Of a stretch of DNA of 64,000 nt, positions 49,610-59,536 are shown piece after piece. The stretch is taken from contig OX639991.1 in NCBI GenBank assembly GCA_951828585.1, positions 898,576 through 962,575 of the forward strand, in the 5' to 3' direction. The notes below the pieces were generated by a model. The model saw only the letters and a program-made list of their open reading frames with translations, was not told the origin of the DNA and made no database searches. The stretch is from Longimicrobiales bacterium. Lineage in GTDB: Bacteria > Gemmatimonadota > Gemmatimonadetes > Longimicrobiales > Gaopeijiaceae. Numbering within the stretch: position 1 is the stretch's first letter; every line of letters begins with the position of its first letter. Made by a program: the position numbers and the translations under genes.

Positions 49610-52213
49610 ATGATCCGCCGTTCCCGTCGCGCAACCCCCATCCCCTTTGCCCTTGCGCTAGCCGCAGCCTTCTCCCTCCCCGCGCTCGCCTTCCCGTCCG
49701 GCACGGCCGTCGCCCAGGAAGAGAGCGCCGTCATGGTCCAGGGCCCCGGCTCCGCCAACTTCGAACTGGCAGCCCGCTTCGCGCCCTACAAGGTCCGCGA
49801 CCTCCTGCATTCCACCCGGGTGCAGCCGCGCTGGGTGGGGGATACGCAGAGGTTCTGGTACCAGTGGGAAAATTCCGCCGGCACGCACTACTACCTGGTG
49901 GATCCCGAGCGGGCCACGCGGACCGAGATCTTCGACAACGACCGAATCGCCGCGGAACTGACCCGCATCACGCGCGATCCCTGGGACGCGCAGCACCTGC
50001 CGATCCGCGCCATCCGCTTCATCGACGAGGGCACGATCCAGTTCGAGGTACAGTCGTCGCAGGACGAGGAGGTGGAGGAGGAGGAAGACGAAGAGGATGT
50101 CGAGGAGGACCAGGAGGAAGAGCGCGGCCCCAGCCGGCCGCAGACCCGCCGCAAAGTCCACCACTTCGAGTACGATGTGGCCACGCGAACGCTGCGAGAG
50201 CTCGAGGACTACGAGGAGCCGCGAACCCATCCGTTCTGGGCCAGTGTCTCGCCGGATACGGCCTGGGTGGTCTTCAGCCGCGAGTTCAACCTGTGGATGA
50301 TGAGCTACGAGGAGTACGAGAAGATCCTGGAAGCGCGGCACGGCAAGACGGGGGATGAGGTGGAAAAGGCGGAGGAGGGCGTCGAGGTCGAAGAGATCCA
50401 GCTGACGACCGATGGTGAGCTGGACTTCAGCTGGGGATCGCAGGGCAGGGGCGCCAACGACGAGGAGACCGAGAAGGAGTACAAGAAGCGCCAGTCACCG
50501 GGGATCACCTGGTCTCACGACAGCCGCTACTTCGCGCTCACGCGCCGGGATCGCCGGGAGGTCGGCCACCTGTGGGTGGTGCACGCGGTGGGCAACACGC
50601 GCCCGAAGCTCGAGAGCTACCGGTACGAGATGCCCGGCGAGGAGAACGTCTCCCAGACCGCGCTGCACGTCTTCGACATGGAGTCGCGCGAGATGAGCCA
50701 CATCGACGACGAGCCGTGGAAGGACCAGCGCATGGGGATCTTCAGCGACTTCAACTTCCCGCGCGGCTTCGATCCCAACGCGATCCGACAGTCGAGGTGG
50801 CTCTCGGACCAGAGCAACGAACTCTACTTCTGGCGCCGCAGCCGTGATCAGCACCGGGTGGACGTCATGCGGGCCGACCCCGCGACCGGCGAAGTGACGG
50901 CGGTAATCGAGGAGCGCCTCAACACCTACGTGGAGCACCAGACCCCCGAACGGCTCGCGAACGGCGACCTGATCTGGTGGTCCGAGCGCGACGGGTGGGC
51001 GCACCTGTACCGTTACGGGCCCGACGGCACCGTCCGAAATCGTCTGACGGAGGGGCCCTGGCACGTCGATGCCCTCATGGAGGTCAACGAGGACGGCGGG
51101 TACGTCCTGGTTCGGGGTAACGCCCGGGAGGAGGGCGAGGACCCCTACTACATGCACACCTACCGGGTCGCGCTCGACGGAAGCCGCACCACCCTGCTGA
51201 ACCCCGGCAACTACGACCACCAGGCCAGCGCCTCCGACGGCGGGCTCTACTTCGTGGACAACTATTCCCGGGTAAACACCACACCCGCCAGCGCGCTCTT
51301 CGACGCGTCCGGACGCAAGATCATGGACCTCGAGGAGGCCGACCTGTCGGCGCTCGAAGCCGCCGGCTACGAGTTCCCGGAGGTCTACACGGTAAAGGCC
51401 GGGGACGGGGTCACGGATATCCACGGCGTCATGTACAAGCCATACGATTTCGACCCCGCGAAGAAGTACCCGATCGTCGCGTATGTATATCCCGGGCCGC
51501 AGACCGAATCCGTCTCCAAGTCCTTCTCGCTCAACCCGACCGAGCAGGCACTCGCCCAGTTCGGCTTCATCGTCATCACGATCGGGAACCGCGGCGGCCA
51601 CCCCGACCGCTCCAAGTGGTACCACAACTACGGCTACGGGAACCTTCGCGACTACGGGCTCGAGGACAAGAAGGTCGGAATCGAACAACTCGCCGACCGC
51701 CACGCGTTCATCGATGTCGATCGCGTGGGGATCTACGGCCACTCCGGCGGCGGCTTCATGTCGACCGCGGCCATGCTGGTGTATCCCGACTTCTTCAAGG
51801 TGGCCGTCTCGTCGGCAGGGAATCACAACAACGATGTCTACAACTCCAACTGGTCGGAGAAGCACGACGGGGTCAAGGAGGTTAAGGACTCCACCGGCGC
51901 GGTGACGGGCTTCGAGTACGACATCGACAAGAACTCGGACCTGGCCGCGAATCTGAAGGGACACCTGCTTCTGACCACGGGCGACGTGGACAACAACGTC
52001 CACCACGCCGGGACCTTCCGCATGGCCGAGGCGCTCATCCGCGCCAACAAGCGCTTCGACTTCTTCATCTTCCCCGGCCAGCGCCACGGCTTCGGGAACA
52101 TGAGCGACTACTGGTTCTGGCTGCGTGCGGAGTACTTCGTGAAGCACCTGCTGGGGGACGACGAGTGGAACGTGGACATCCTGCAGCTTCAGGGGGAGCG
52201 GCCCAGGGGGTAG
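49610..52213 (+). CDS. Dipeptidyl-peptidase IV-like S9B peptidase (paralog 1)
   Basis: ATG at 49610 after GGAGG. Signal peptide. DPPIV_N-like propeller. 'GIYGHSGGGFMS' nucleophile. Poly-acidic insert 'QDEEVEEEEDEEDVEEDQEEE'. Confidence 0.9.
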   Translation: MIRRSRRATPIPFALALAAAFSLPALAFPSGTAVAQEESAVMVQGPGSANFELAARFAPYKVRDLLHSTRVQPRWVGDTQRFWYQWENSAGTHYYLVDPERATRTEIFDNDRIAAELTRITRDPWDAQHLPIRAIRFIDEGTIQFEVQSSQDEEVEEEEDEEDVEEDQEEERGPSRPQTRRKVHHFEYDVATRTLRELEDYEEPRTHPFWASVSPDTAWVVFSREFNLWMMSYEEYEKILEARHGKTGDEVEKAEEGVEVEEIQLTTDGELDFSWGSQGRGANDEETEKEYKKRQSPGITWSHDSRYFALTRRDRREVGHLWVVHAVGNTRPKLESYRYEMPGEENVSQTALHVFDMESREMSHIDDEPWKDQRMGIFSDFNFPRGFDPNAIRQSRWLSDQSNELYFWRRSRDQHRVDVMRADPATGEVTAVIEERLNTYVEHQTPERLANGDLIWWSERDGWAHLYRYGPDGTVRNRLTEGPWHVDALMEVNEDGGYVLVRGNAREEGEDPYYMHTYRVALDGSRTTLLNPGNYDHQASASDGGLYFVDNYSRVNTTPASALFDASGRKIMDLEEADLSALEAAGYEFPEVYTVKAGDGVTDIHGVMYKPYDFDPAKKYPIVAYVYPGPQTESVSKSFSLNPTEQALAQFGFIVITIGNRGGHPDRSKWYHNYGYGNLRDYGLEDKKVGIEQLADRHAFIDVDRVGIYGHSGGGFMSTAAMLVYPDFFKVAVSSAGNHNNDVYNSNWSEKHDGVKEVKDSTGAVTGFEYDIDKNSDLAANLKGHLLLTTGDVDNNVHHAGTFRMAEALIRANKRFDFFIFPGQRHGFGNMSDYWFWLRAEYFVKHLLGDDEWNVDILQLQGERPRG

Positions 52214-52385
52214 GTCTTGGCAGCCCGCGGACAAAATCCCCCGGCATTCGTGCGGCTTTATCCACGGACTGCTGGAGCTCGTGGTGATCGTCCACAGCGG
52301 CCACGACGCGCTCATGGTCGCGAAAACCATGCCTGATGACGTAACATGCATGGCCCGCAACCCTTCCCAGTTTTCGGAGGCCACG

Positions 52386-54998
52386 ATGATCCGCCGTTCC
52401 CCTCGCTTCGCCCACATCCCCTTCACCCTGGCGCTCGCCGCCGCCTTCGCCCTCCCCGCGATCGCCGTCCCCACAGGCACGGCGCTCGCCCAGGAAGAGG
52501 GCACGGTCATGGTCCAGGGCCCCGGCTCCGCCAACTTCGAGCTGGCCGCCCGTTTCGCCCCCTACAAGGTCAGCGACCTCGTCCACTCCACCCGGGTGCA
52601 GCCACGCTGGATCGAGGACAGTGACCGCTTCTGGTACCAGTGGGAGAGTTCGGCGGGGACGAACTACTACCTCGTCGACGCAGCCCGGGGCACCCGCACC
52701 GAGATCTTCGACAACGACCGCATCGCGGCCGAGCTGACCCGAATCACGCGGGATCCCTGGGACGCGCAGCACCTCCCCATCCGCAACATTCGTTTCCTGA
52801 GCGCGGGCACGCTGCAGTTCGAAGTGCAATCCTCCCAGGACGAGGAGATCGAGGAGGAAGAAGACGAGGGGGACGAGGAGGAGGTCGAAGAGGAGCAGGA
52901 GGAGGAACAGGAGGCCCCCAGCCGACCCCGCACCCGCAAGAAGGTGCACTACTTCGAGTACGACGTGGCCACGCAGACGCTGCGCGAGCTGGAAGACTAC
53001 GAGAAGCCGCTCACCCACCCCTTCTGGGCCAGCGTGTCGCCCGACACGGCCTGGGTGGTCTTCGCGCGCGAGTTCAATCTGTGGATGATGAGCTACGAGG
53101 AGTACGAGAAGATTCTCGAGGCGCGGCGCGGCAAGACGGGTGACGAGGCCGAGAAGGCGGAGGAGGACGTCGAAGTCGAGGAGACCCAGCTGACGACCGA
53201 CGGCGAGCGGCACTACTCCTGGGGCTTCGAAGGCCGCGGCGCAAACGACGAGGAGACCGAGAAGGAGTTCAAGAAGCGCCAGTCGTCGGGCGCCGTGTGG
53301 TCCCACGACTCGAAGTACTTCGCGCTCACCCGGTCGGACAGCCGCGAAGTCGGCGAGCTCTGGGTGGTCCACGCGGTGGGCAACAAGCGGCCCAAGCTCG
53401 AGACCTACAAGTACTCGATGCCCGGCGAGGAGCACGTCGCCCAGACCACGGTGCACGTCTTCGACATGGAATCCCGCGAGATGAGGCATATCGACGACGG
53501 CCCCTGGAAGGACCAGCGCATGGGGCTCTACCGGGACACCAGCACGCCCTTTAATCCCGACCCGTCGGCCATCAGGTTCTCGAAGTGGCTCTCCGATCAG
53601 AACGAGCTCTACTACTTTCGCCACAGCCGGGATTTGCACCGGGCCGACGTGCTGAAGGCCGACCCCGCCACCGGCGAAGTGACCGTGGTGATCGAGGAGC
53701 GCCTGAACACCTACGTCGAAACCCAGTCTCCCTACCGCCTCGACAACGGGGACCTGCTCTGGTGGTCCGAGCGCGACGGCTGGGCGCACCTGTACCGCTA
53801 TGCGGCCGACGGCACCGTCCGCAACCGTCTGACCGAAGGCCCCTGGCACGTGAGCGGCATCAGCGGGGTCAACGAAGAGGGCGGATACGTCCTCCTCCGC
53901 GCCAACAACCGGGAGGAAGGGGAGGACCCCTACTACTCGCACCTCTATCGGGTCGGCCTCGACGGACGCGGCCTCACCCTGCTGAACCCCGGCAACTATG
54001 ACCACCAGGCCTCGACCAACGACGACGCGACCTACTTCGTCGACAACTACTCGCGGGTCAACAGCGTCCCGGCTTCAGCCCTCCACGATGCCTCGGGCCG
54101 CAAGATCATGGACCTCGAAGAGGCCGACTTCTCCGCGCTCATGGACGCCGGCTACGAGCACCCCGAGCCGTACACGGTCAAAGCGGGGGACGGCGTGACC
54201 GACCTGTACGGCGTCATGTACAAGCCGTACGACTTCGATCCCGCGAAGAAGTATCCGATCGTGGCCTACGTCTATCCCGGACCGCAGACCGAGTCGGTCA
54301 GCAAGGCGTTTTCGCTGAATCCCACCGAACAGGCGCTCGCCCAGTTCGGCATCATCGTGATCACGATCGGTAATCGGGGCGGCCATCCGAACCGCTCCAA
54401 GTGGTACCACAACTACGGTTACGGAAACCTCCGCGACTACGGACTCGAGGACAAGAAGGTCGCGATCGAGCAGCTCGCCGACCGCCACGGCTTCATCGAC
54501 GCCGACCGCGTGGGGATCTACGGCCACTCGGGAGGCGGCTTCATGTCCACCGCCGCCATGCTGGTCTACCCCGACTTCTTCAAGGTCGCCGTGTCGTCCG
54601 CCGGGAACCACAACAACGACGTCTACAACAACTGGTGGTCCGAGAAGCACCACGGCGTCAAGGAGGTGAAGGACTCCACCGGCGTCGTGACCGGTTTCGA
54701 GTACTCCATCGACCGCAACTCGGACATCGCCGCCAACCTGAAGGGGCACCTGCTGCTGACCACCGGCGACATCGACAACAACGTCCACCACGCGGGCACC
54801 TTCCGCATGGCCGAGGCGCTCATCCGTGCCAACAAGCGCTTCGACTTCTTCATCTTCCCCGGCCAGCGCCACGGCTTCGGGAACATGAGCGACTACTGGT
54901 TCTGGCTGCGGGCGGAGTACTTTGTGAAGCACCTCCTGGGGGACGATCAGTGGAACGTGGATATTCTGGAGCTGCAGGGGGAGCGGCCGAAGGGGTAG
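52386..54998 (+). CDS. Dipeptidyl-peptidase IV-like S9B peptidase (paralog 2)
   Basis: ATG at 52386 after GGAGG. Collinear with paralog 1 and highly similar by eye, including about 50 bp of the leader. Confidence 0.9.
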   Translation: MIRRSPRFAHIPFTLALAAAFALPAIAVPTGTALAQEEGTVMVQGPGSANFELAARFAPYKVSDLVHSTRVQPRWIEDSDRFWYQWESSAGTNYYLVDAARGTRTEIFDNDRIAAELTRITRDPWDAQHLPIRNIRFLSAGTLQFEVQSSQDEEIEEEEDEGDEEEVEEEQEEEQEAPSRPRTRKKVHYFEYDVATQTLRELEDYEKPLTHPFWASVSPDTAWVVFAREFNLWMMSYEEYEKILEARRGKTGDEAEKAEEDVEVEETQLTTDGERHYSWGFEGRGANDEETEKEFKKRQSSGAVWSHDSKYFALTRSDSREVGELWVVHAVGNKRPKLETYKYSMPGEEHVAQTTVHVFDMESREMRHIDDGPWKDQRMGLYRDTSTPFNPDPSAIRFSKWLSDQNELYYFRHSRDLHRADVLKADPATGEVTVVIEERLNTYVETQSPYRLDNGDLLWWSERDGWAHLYRYAADGTVRNRLTEGPWHVSGISGVNEEGGYVLLRANNREEGEDPYYSHLYRVGLDGRGLTLLNPGNYDHQASTNDDATYFVDNYSRVNSVPASALHDASGRKIMDLEEADFSALMDAGYEHPEPYTVKAGDGVTDLYGVMYKPYDFDPAKKYPIVAYVYPGPQTESVSKAFSLNPTEQALAQFGIIVITIGNRGGHPNRSKWYHNYGYGNLRDYGLEDKKVAIEQLADRHGFIDADRVGIYGHSGGGFMSTAAMLVYPDFFKVAVSSAGNHNNDVYNNWWSEKHHGVKEVKDSTGVVTGFEYSIDRNSDIAANLKGHLLLTTGDIDNNVHHAGTFRMAEALIRANKRFDFFIFPGQRHGFGNMSDYWFWLRAEYFVKHLLGDDQWNVDILELQGERPKG

Positions 54999-55107
54999 GA
55001 TGTGGAGAGATAGACAATCACCGTTTACTTTTATGTCAAGTGAGAATGACAATTCAACTCTGGAGGGGTGGCTTCAGGGGAAACTCAGAATCGAGGATCA
55101 AGAAACG

Positions 55108-55569
55108 ATGACCGGCCGCGGGAGCAGCCGCGACCGGAGGTTCGTGGCCGAGCATCGCGGTGGATCCCTTCTGCGTCATGACCACCACTCGCTGGCCCTG
55201 TGGGCCGCGACGTGCGCCGAACGGGTGCTCACGATGGTCTGGACCGATGACGAAGACGGCCGACCGCTGGGTGCGGTGCGACAGGCCAGGGCCTGGGCGA
55301 GGGGTGAGGTTTCAGCAGCGCCCGTCATGCGCGCGGCGGTAGCCGCTCACGCCGCGGCCAGAGAAGCAACAGGGGCAAAGATCGCCACAGCGCGCGCGGC
55401 AGGCCACGCCGCCGGAACCGTCCATATGGGCGACCACTGCCTCGTGGCGGCAGATTACGCGTTGAAGGCAGCCGCACAAGCGGGCATGGACGTGGAGCGG
55501 GAGCGTCGCTGGCAGGAGCGTGCTCTCCCTGGCGGTGTGCGGATCCTGGTCATGGACGCACGAGGGTAG
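55108..55569 (+). CDS. Imm-5-like all-alpha protein (putative immunity-type protein, often mis-annotated as SbcC)
   Basis: 'LALWAATCAERVL...RQARAWARGE...AAHAAAREA...ARAAGHAAGTVHM..AADYALKAA' pattern, recalled from memory. Preceded by about 100 bp of AT-rich DNA. Confidence 0.45.
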   Translation: MTGRGSSRDRRFVAEHRGGSLLRHDHHSLALWAATCAERVLTMVWTDDEDGRPLGAVRQARAWARGEVSAAPVMRAAVAAHAAAREATGAKIATARAAGHAAGTVHMGDHCLVAADYALKAAAQAGMDVERERRWQERALPGGVRILVMDARG

Positions 55570-55579
55570 AAGAGGGGCG

Positions 55580-57115
55580 TCAACACCCCAACTCCACCCA
55601 CCCCCGCCCACACCCCAGCGCAACCAGCGCCCCCGGATCCCTCTCCGTCACGGGACCCTTGCTGCCGCGCAGGACAATCGGCAATTCCTCCATCGGCGGT
55701 CCGGCGCGCTCGTACCCGGTCCAGTCGGCCAACCCGGCATCGCCCTCCGCCAGCCCCTCCAGATTCGCGCAAGCCGGCCCGAACCCCCGCCGGCATCCTC
55801 GCTCGAATTCCCCCGTCGCGCCCACGAAGTCCCGGTCCATCCGCACCAGCAGCACCCCGAACTCGTTGCACGCCCACCCGGACCCCAGGTCGCAGAAGTT
55901 CTGCAGGATGACCCCGCTGTAGTTGCACGCCCGCTCGTTGCCTGCTTCGCAAGCGTCCCGCCAGAACGGGTAGTACTGACCCGCATGGTTGTCGCCCACG
56001 CCGCCCGTAAAGCTCATCGTCGCGAAAATCGTGCCCCACAACCCCACCGTCACCACCCTCCGCCGCGCCCCGCCCCCACGCTGGAAAACACCCAGTAACT
56101 CCGGCCCCCTCCCGGCAAGCCACCCCGCCGCGCGATCCAATCGCGGCGCCAGCAAATTCAGGATCGGCACCGGCAACAGCTTGTCATAGAAGTTCGGCGC
56201 ACCCACCGCGTCCAACAGAAACACGCTCAGAATCACCCCGCTCCCGTACAGCAGCCCGAAAATCACCCGTCCCCCGTCCGAGCGGGGCGACGTGGCCGGG
56301 TCCGTAAAGAGCAGGTGCAGTCCCAAAAAGACCGAGATCGGGATGTAGGCGTCGTAGAAGAAGTACATCCCGGTCGAGGCGTGGTAGATGAGCCCGAAAG
56401 TCAGGATCGTCAGCACCGCCGGCATCGTCATCATGGCGACGCCGAAGAGGAGTTGCGCCGGAACCGCCGCCAGGAAGATCACCAGGAACATGTGTGGCGG
56501 GACGAACTGGCTCTGCGCGATCTCAATGCCCAGGGTGATCTCGGTCTGGCCGGTCACGATCAGCGCGACCGCGGCCACGAAGAGCGCCAGCGCCGACGGG
56601 TTGAAGATGTGCCGCGAGTGCCCGCCCAGCTGCCAGCGGATGAACTCCTTGCCCGCGTAGACCAGCACGATCATCGCGAACTGGAAGAAGAACCACGGGC
56701 CCGTGAACCACAGGAAGAGGTTCACGCTGAAGATCACCGGAATCGGCCCCAGCCCGGCAGTGTAGCGCCCGCGCCGGGTCCACGCGAACAGTCCCTCGAG
56801 CGCCACCGCCAGCAGCAATTGCGCCACGATCATCGGCGCCCATGTCGGCACCATGTCCACAAACATCCCCCACCACACCAGCAGCGCTCCCTGCGCCAGC
56901 GTCTGCATCCAGTGCGGGGTTCGCAGCACGAACTCAAGGACCAGCGGCTCGCCACTCCGCCTGCGCGACGCGAAGAGCCAGCCCGTCCACGCCAGAATCC
57001 CCACCACCGCCACCACAAACGTCCACAGCGCGGCCGGGGTGTTCCGCACCCCCGGATGCAGCAGAAACGCCGCCAGCGCGGCGGCGATCCCACAGGGCAG
57101 GAGCAGCGGTCGCAT
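55580..57115 (-). CDS. Polytopic membrane protein with a C-terminal Cys-rich Sel1-like repeat region
   Basis: ATG at 57115. About 10 hydrophobic segments. C-terminal 'ACEAGNERACNYSGV..CDLGSGWACNEFGVL..GCRRGFGPACANL'. Confidence 0.6.
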   Translation of the reverse strand: MRPLLLPCGIAAALAAFLLHPGVRNTPAALWTFVVAVVGILAWTGWLFASRRRSGEPLVLEFVLRTPHWMQTLAQGALLVWWGMFVDMVPTWAPMIVAQLLLAVALEGLFAWTRRGRYTAGLGPIPVIFSVNLFLWFTGPWFFFQFAMIVLVYAGKEFIRWQLGGHSRHIFNPSALALFVAAVALIVTGQTEITLGIEIAQSQFVPPHMFLVIFLAAVPAQLLFGVAMMTMPAVLTILTFGLIYHASTGMYFFYDAYIPISVFLGLHLLFTDPATSPRSDGGRVIFGLLYGSGVILSVFLLDAVGAPNFYDKLLPVPILNLLAPRLDRAAGWLAGRGPELLGVFQRGGGARRRVVTVGLWGTIFATMSFTGGVGDNHAGQYYPFWRDACEAGNERACNYSGVILQNFCDLGSGWACNEFGVLLVRMDRDFVGATGEFERGCRRGFGPACANLEGLAEGDAGLADWTGYERAGPPMEELPIVLRGSKGPVTERDPGALVALGCGRGWVELGC

Positions 57116-57134
57116 GTCCGGCGCCGTCCGCCCG

Positions 57135-58043
57135 TCAGGCCGGGCCGGCTTCACCCCGCTCCCGCGTCTCACCCGGCGGACCCTTGCCGCGCGGTCTGCC
57201 GGGGTGCTTGCTCTTGATCTCGACCGCGCCCATGCGGCCGCTTTCTCCGTAGCGGAAGAAGGCCTGCGCCGGCGACAGAATGCGGATACTCTCGATCTCG
57301 TTCGGATCCTGGTCGAGCAGCATTCTGGCCACATGTCCCGGCAGCGACGCCTGCGTGATCGTGGCCATCTCCGCGACCGAAGGGGGAGCATAGACCACCA
57401 CTCCGTCCAGCACGAGGAGGGCCGGACGGCACCCGTCACCCAGTTCGCGCAGATCCTGGACCGATGGCCTGCGCCGCGTCGACTGGATGCAGAAGGTGAC
57501 GCCTCCGTGCCCTCCGGACTGGCGGATCTGCAACCGGGGGGGCGCCTTGGAGCGCATCACCTCCAGCAGCTTGTTGGTGCGCTTCGCCGCTTCCGCCACC
57601 TCCTCGGGGCCGATGTACTCCGACTCCCATCCCTGCTGGCGCGCCTCCGTCTCCTCGCGTCGCGTGCCCTCTACCTGAATCCCTTCCAGCTGGATCGGCC
57701 TGGGCGTGAGTCGAAGAACCCAAACCTCTCCCGCAACCAGCGGGACCTCGTTCTCAAGCTCCTCGTAGGCGATGTGGAAGGTGGACACCACCTGTCTCGT
57801 GCCCGGCACCGCGTCGATCCTGAAATAGCCCAGACTGTCCGTAATCGTTCCGAGGCGAAGCTCCGGGAAGTGCACCACCACATCCTCGATCGGCAGCCCG
57901 GTGACTGCGTCCAGCACTTCGCCCTCCACCGTGGTCTGGCCCAGGGCCGGCGACCCGGCCCCCAGACAAAACGACAACAGCACCAACAAGCGCAGCCGCC
58001 CCCCGAAGCGACTACTCCGGGGGGCGGCTCCTTTCGCGCGCAT
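57135..58043 (-). CDS. Stand-alone CarboxypepD_reg + Plug-like protein (TonB-dependent-receptor N-terminal architecture with no barrel)
   Basis: ATG at 58043. 'VEGEVLDAVTGLPIEDVVVHFPELRLGTITDSLGYFRI' and a plug-like 'LLVLDGVVV...PNEIESIRILSPAQAFFRYGESGRMGAVEIKSK'. Confidence 0.55.
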   Translation of the reverse strand: MRAKGAAPRSSRFGGRLRLLVLLSFCLGAGSPALGQTTVEGEVLDAVTGLPIEDVVVHFPELRLGTITDSLGYFRIDAVPGTRQVVSTFHIAYEELENEVPLVAGEVWVLRLTPRPIQLEGIQVEGTRREETEARQQGWESEYIGPEEVAEAAKRTNKLLEVMRSKAPPRLQIRQSGGHGGVTFCIQSTRRRPSVQDLRELGDGCRPALLVLDGVVVYAPPSVAEMATITQASLPGHVARMLLDQDPNEIESIRILSPAQAFFRYGESGRMGAVEIKSKHPGRPRGKGPPGETRERGEAGPA

Positions 58044-58125
58044 CCTGCGCCTCCTTCTCTCTAACGGTCCGTGGGCCAACCCCACGTCCCGTCAGGAGCA
58101 GTACGGCGCCGGGCACACAGGCGCG

Positions 58126-59517
58126 CTATTTGCTGAAACATCTGGATTGAGTATCGATATTCTCGTTGACCTGGCACTCGTCGAGGGCAATCGGCATGCC
58201 GATATTGCGAGGACCTCCCAGAACGTCGCAGGTGACGCGCCGGTCGACCGTGGCCTCGTACACCACGCCGCCGCCGTCCAGGTGCGGGTGATCCCAACGC
58301 TGCATGTCCCAAAGGCGCCGGCCCTCCAGCCAGAGGGTCAGGTGGCGCTCCCGGTCGAGGATGTCCCACCCCGACATCGAGGTCGGGTGTGCGCCCCCGT
58401 CTTCGCCGCCGGTGATCGATCCGATCGTGCCGTCGGATTCGATGGCGTCCAGCCCGTAGTGGGCCCGAGCCTCGTTGATCCTGGTCATCGCGGTCGTCAG
58501 GTCTCCGTTGTTCAACGCGGCCTCGGCCTCGATGAGACGCATTTCGGTTCCCTTGACAAGCGGAATGTCGTCGTCGCGCGTCGGGTATTTCTCCTGCCGG
58601 TAATGAACCGTCTGGCCATCCGCCCCGTTGCCGCTGGGGCAGTTGCTGCCCGGGTCGGAGCAGTCCGTCCACGGAGTGCGCGGGTCACCGGCTCCATACG
58701 TTCCCGCCAGAGTCATCCAGGCCGAGATTTCATGCCGTCCGTGCGTCTCGTTCCAGATAATGCTCTCCTCCCGGCCCGAGTTGGACGAATACGCGGCCGC
58801 GAAGACGAAGTCGGTGGGCACCATGGAAGCATTGGCCAGCGCGTTGGCGGCGTCGCCCAATCCCACGTATACCTGTGCCAGACCCCCCCTGGCGGCGTTC
58901 ACGATTTCGGGTGCGCCCGCGGCACCGCCGTGCTGGATCGCCGCTTCCAAAAGCGGAACGGCCCGCTGGAAGGCGGCTTCCCGGTCCATCTCCGCCCCGG
59001 TGTCGATTTCACCGCCGGGCCCGGGAGTTTCATCGGTATACGGCGCGCTGAAGACCGTCTTGCAGAAGTTCTCGCCGAACCAGCGGTTGGCGAGCCCCGC
59101 AAAGAGAAATGCCCTGGCCGTCTGGATATTCCCGTCGAACTGGTACCCCTCGATCTCCTTCATCCGAAGGATCCCGGCTTCGGCCACCCAGCGGGCGCGC
59201 TGCACACCGGCCCAGAAGCCGTTGGCGTCTTCGGAATCGAAGAGCCCGCGGCGGTAGCGGCCCGTGGAGAAGTAGCTCCCCGACCCGACGATTTCATCGG
59301 ACAGGATCGCCGTCGTGAAGGCCAGGTTGTCGTAGGATGCGGAGAAGTCGGAGGACATCCCCGTCACCAGCGACGCGACGCCCGCGGCCGTGTTCAGGTC
59401 GTCGTCCAGAATTCGTCCGGGGTTCTTGACGTCGAAGAGGCCCTCGTCGCAGCCGGTGACCGCAAAGGCCGCCACAAGCGCGCCGAGCATGAAGAATCGT
59501 GTCTTGATCGTTTTCAT
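58126..59517 (-). CDS. SusD/RagB-family lipoprotein
   Basis: ATG at 59517, lipobox 'AVTGC'. 'ILDRERHLTLWLEGRRLWDMQRW' C-terminal signature. Directly downstream of the SusC-like fragment. Confidence 0.75.
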   Translation of the reverse strand: MKTIKTRFFMLGALVAAFAVTGCDEGLFDVKNPGRILDDDLNTAAGVASLVTGMSSDFSASYDNLAFTTAILSDEIVGSGSYFSTGRYRRGLFDSEDANGFWAGVQRARWVAEAGILRMKEIEGYQFDGNIQTARAFLFAGLANRWFGENFCKTVFSAPYTDETPGPGGEIDTGAEMDREAAFQRAVPLLEAAIQHGGAAGAPEIVNAARGGLAQVYVGLGDAANALANASMVPTDFVFAAAYSSNSGREESIIWNETHGRHEISAWMTLAGTYGAGDPRTPWTDCSDPGSNCPSGNGADGQTVHYRQEKYPTRDDDIPLVKGTEMRLIEAEAALNNGDLTTAMTRINEARAHYGLDAIESDGTIGSITGGEDGGAHPTSMSGWDILDRERHLTLWLEGRRLWDMQRWDHPHLDGGGVVYEATVDRRVTCDVLGGPRNIGMPIALDECQVNENIDTQSRCFSK

Positions 59518-59536
59518 GATTCTTGTCCTCCCCGGC

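Noticed and set aside
49492-49758. Duplicated 'MAEPGPWTMT...' minus-strand ORFs at 49492..49758 and at the start of 50495..52534
   Set aside because: They lie antisense to the signal-peptide regions of the two DPP-IV paralogs. Their similarity is only a by-product of the gene duplication.
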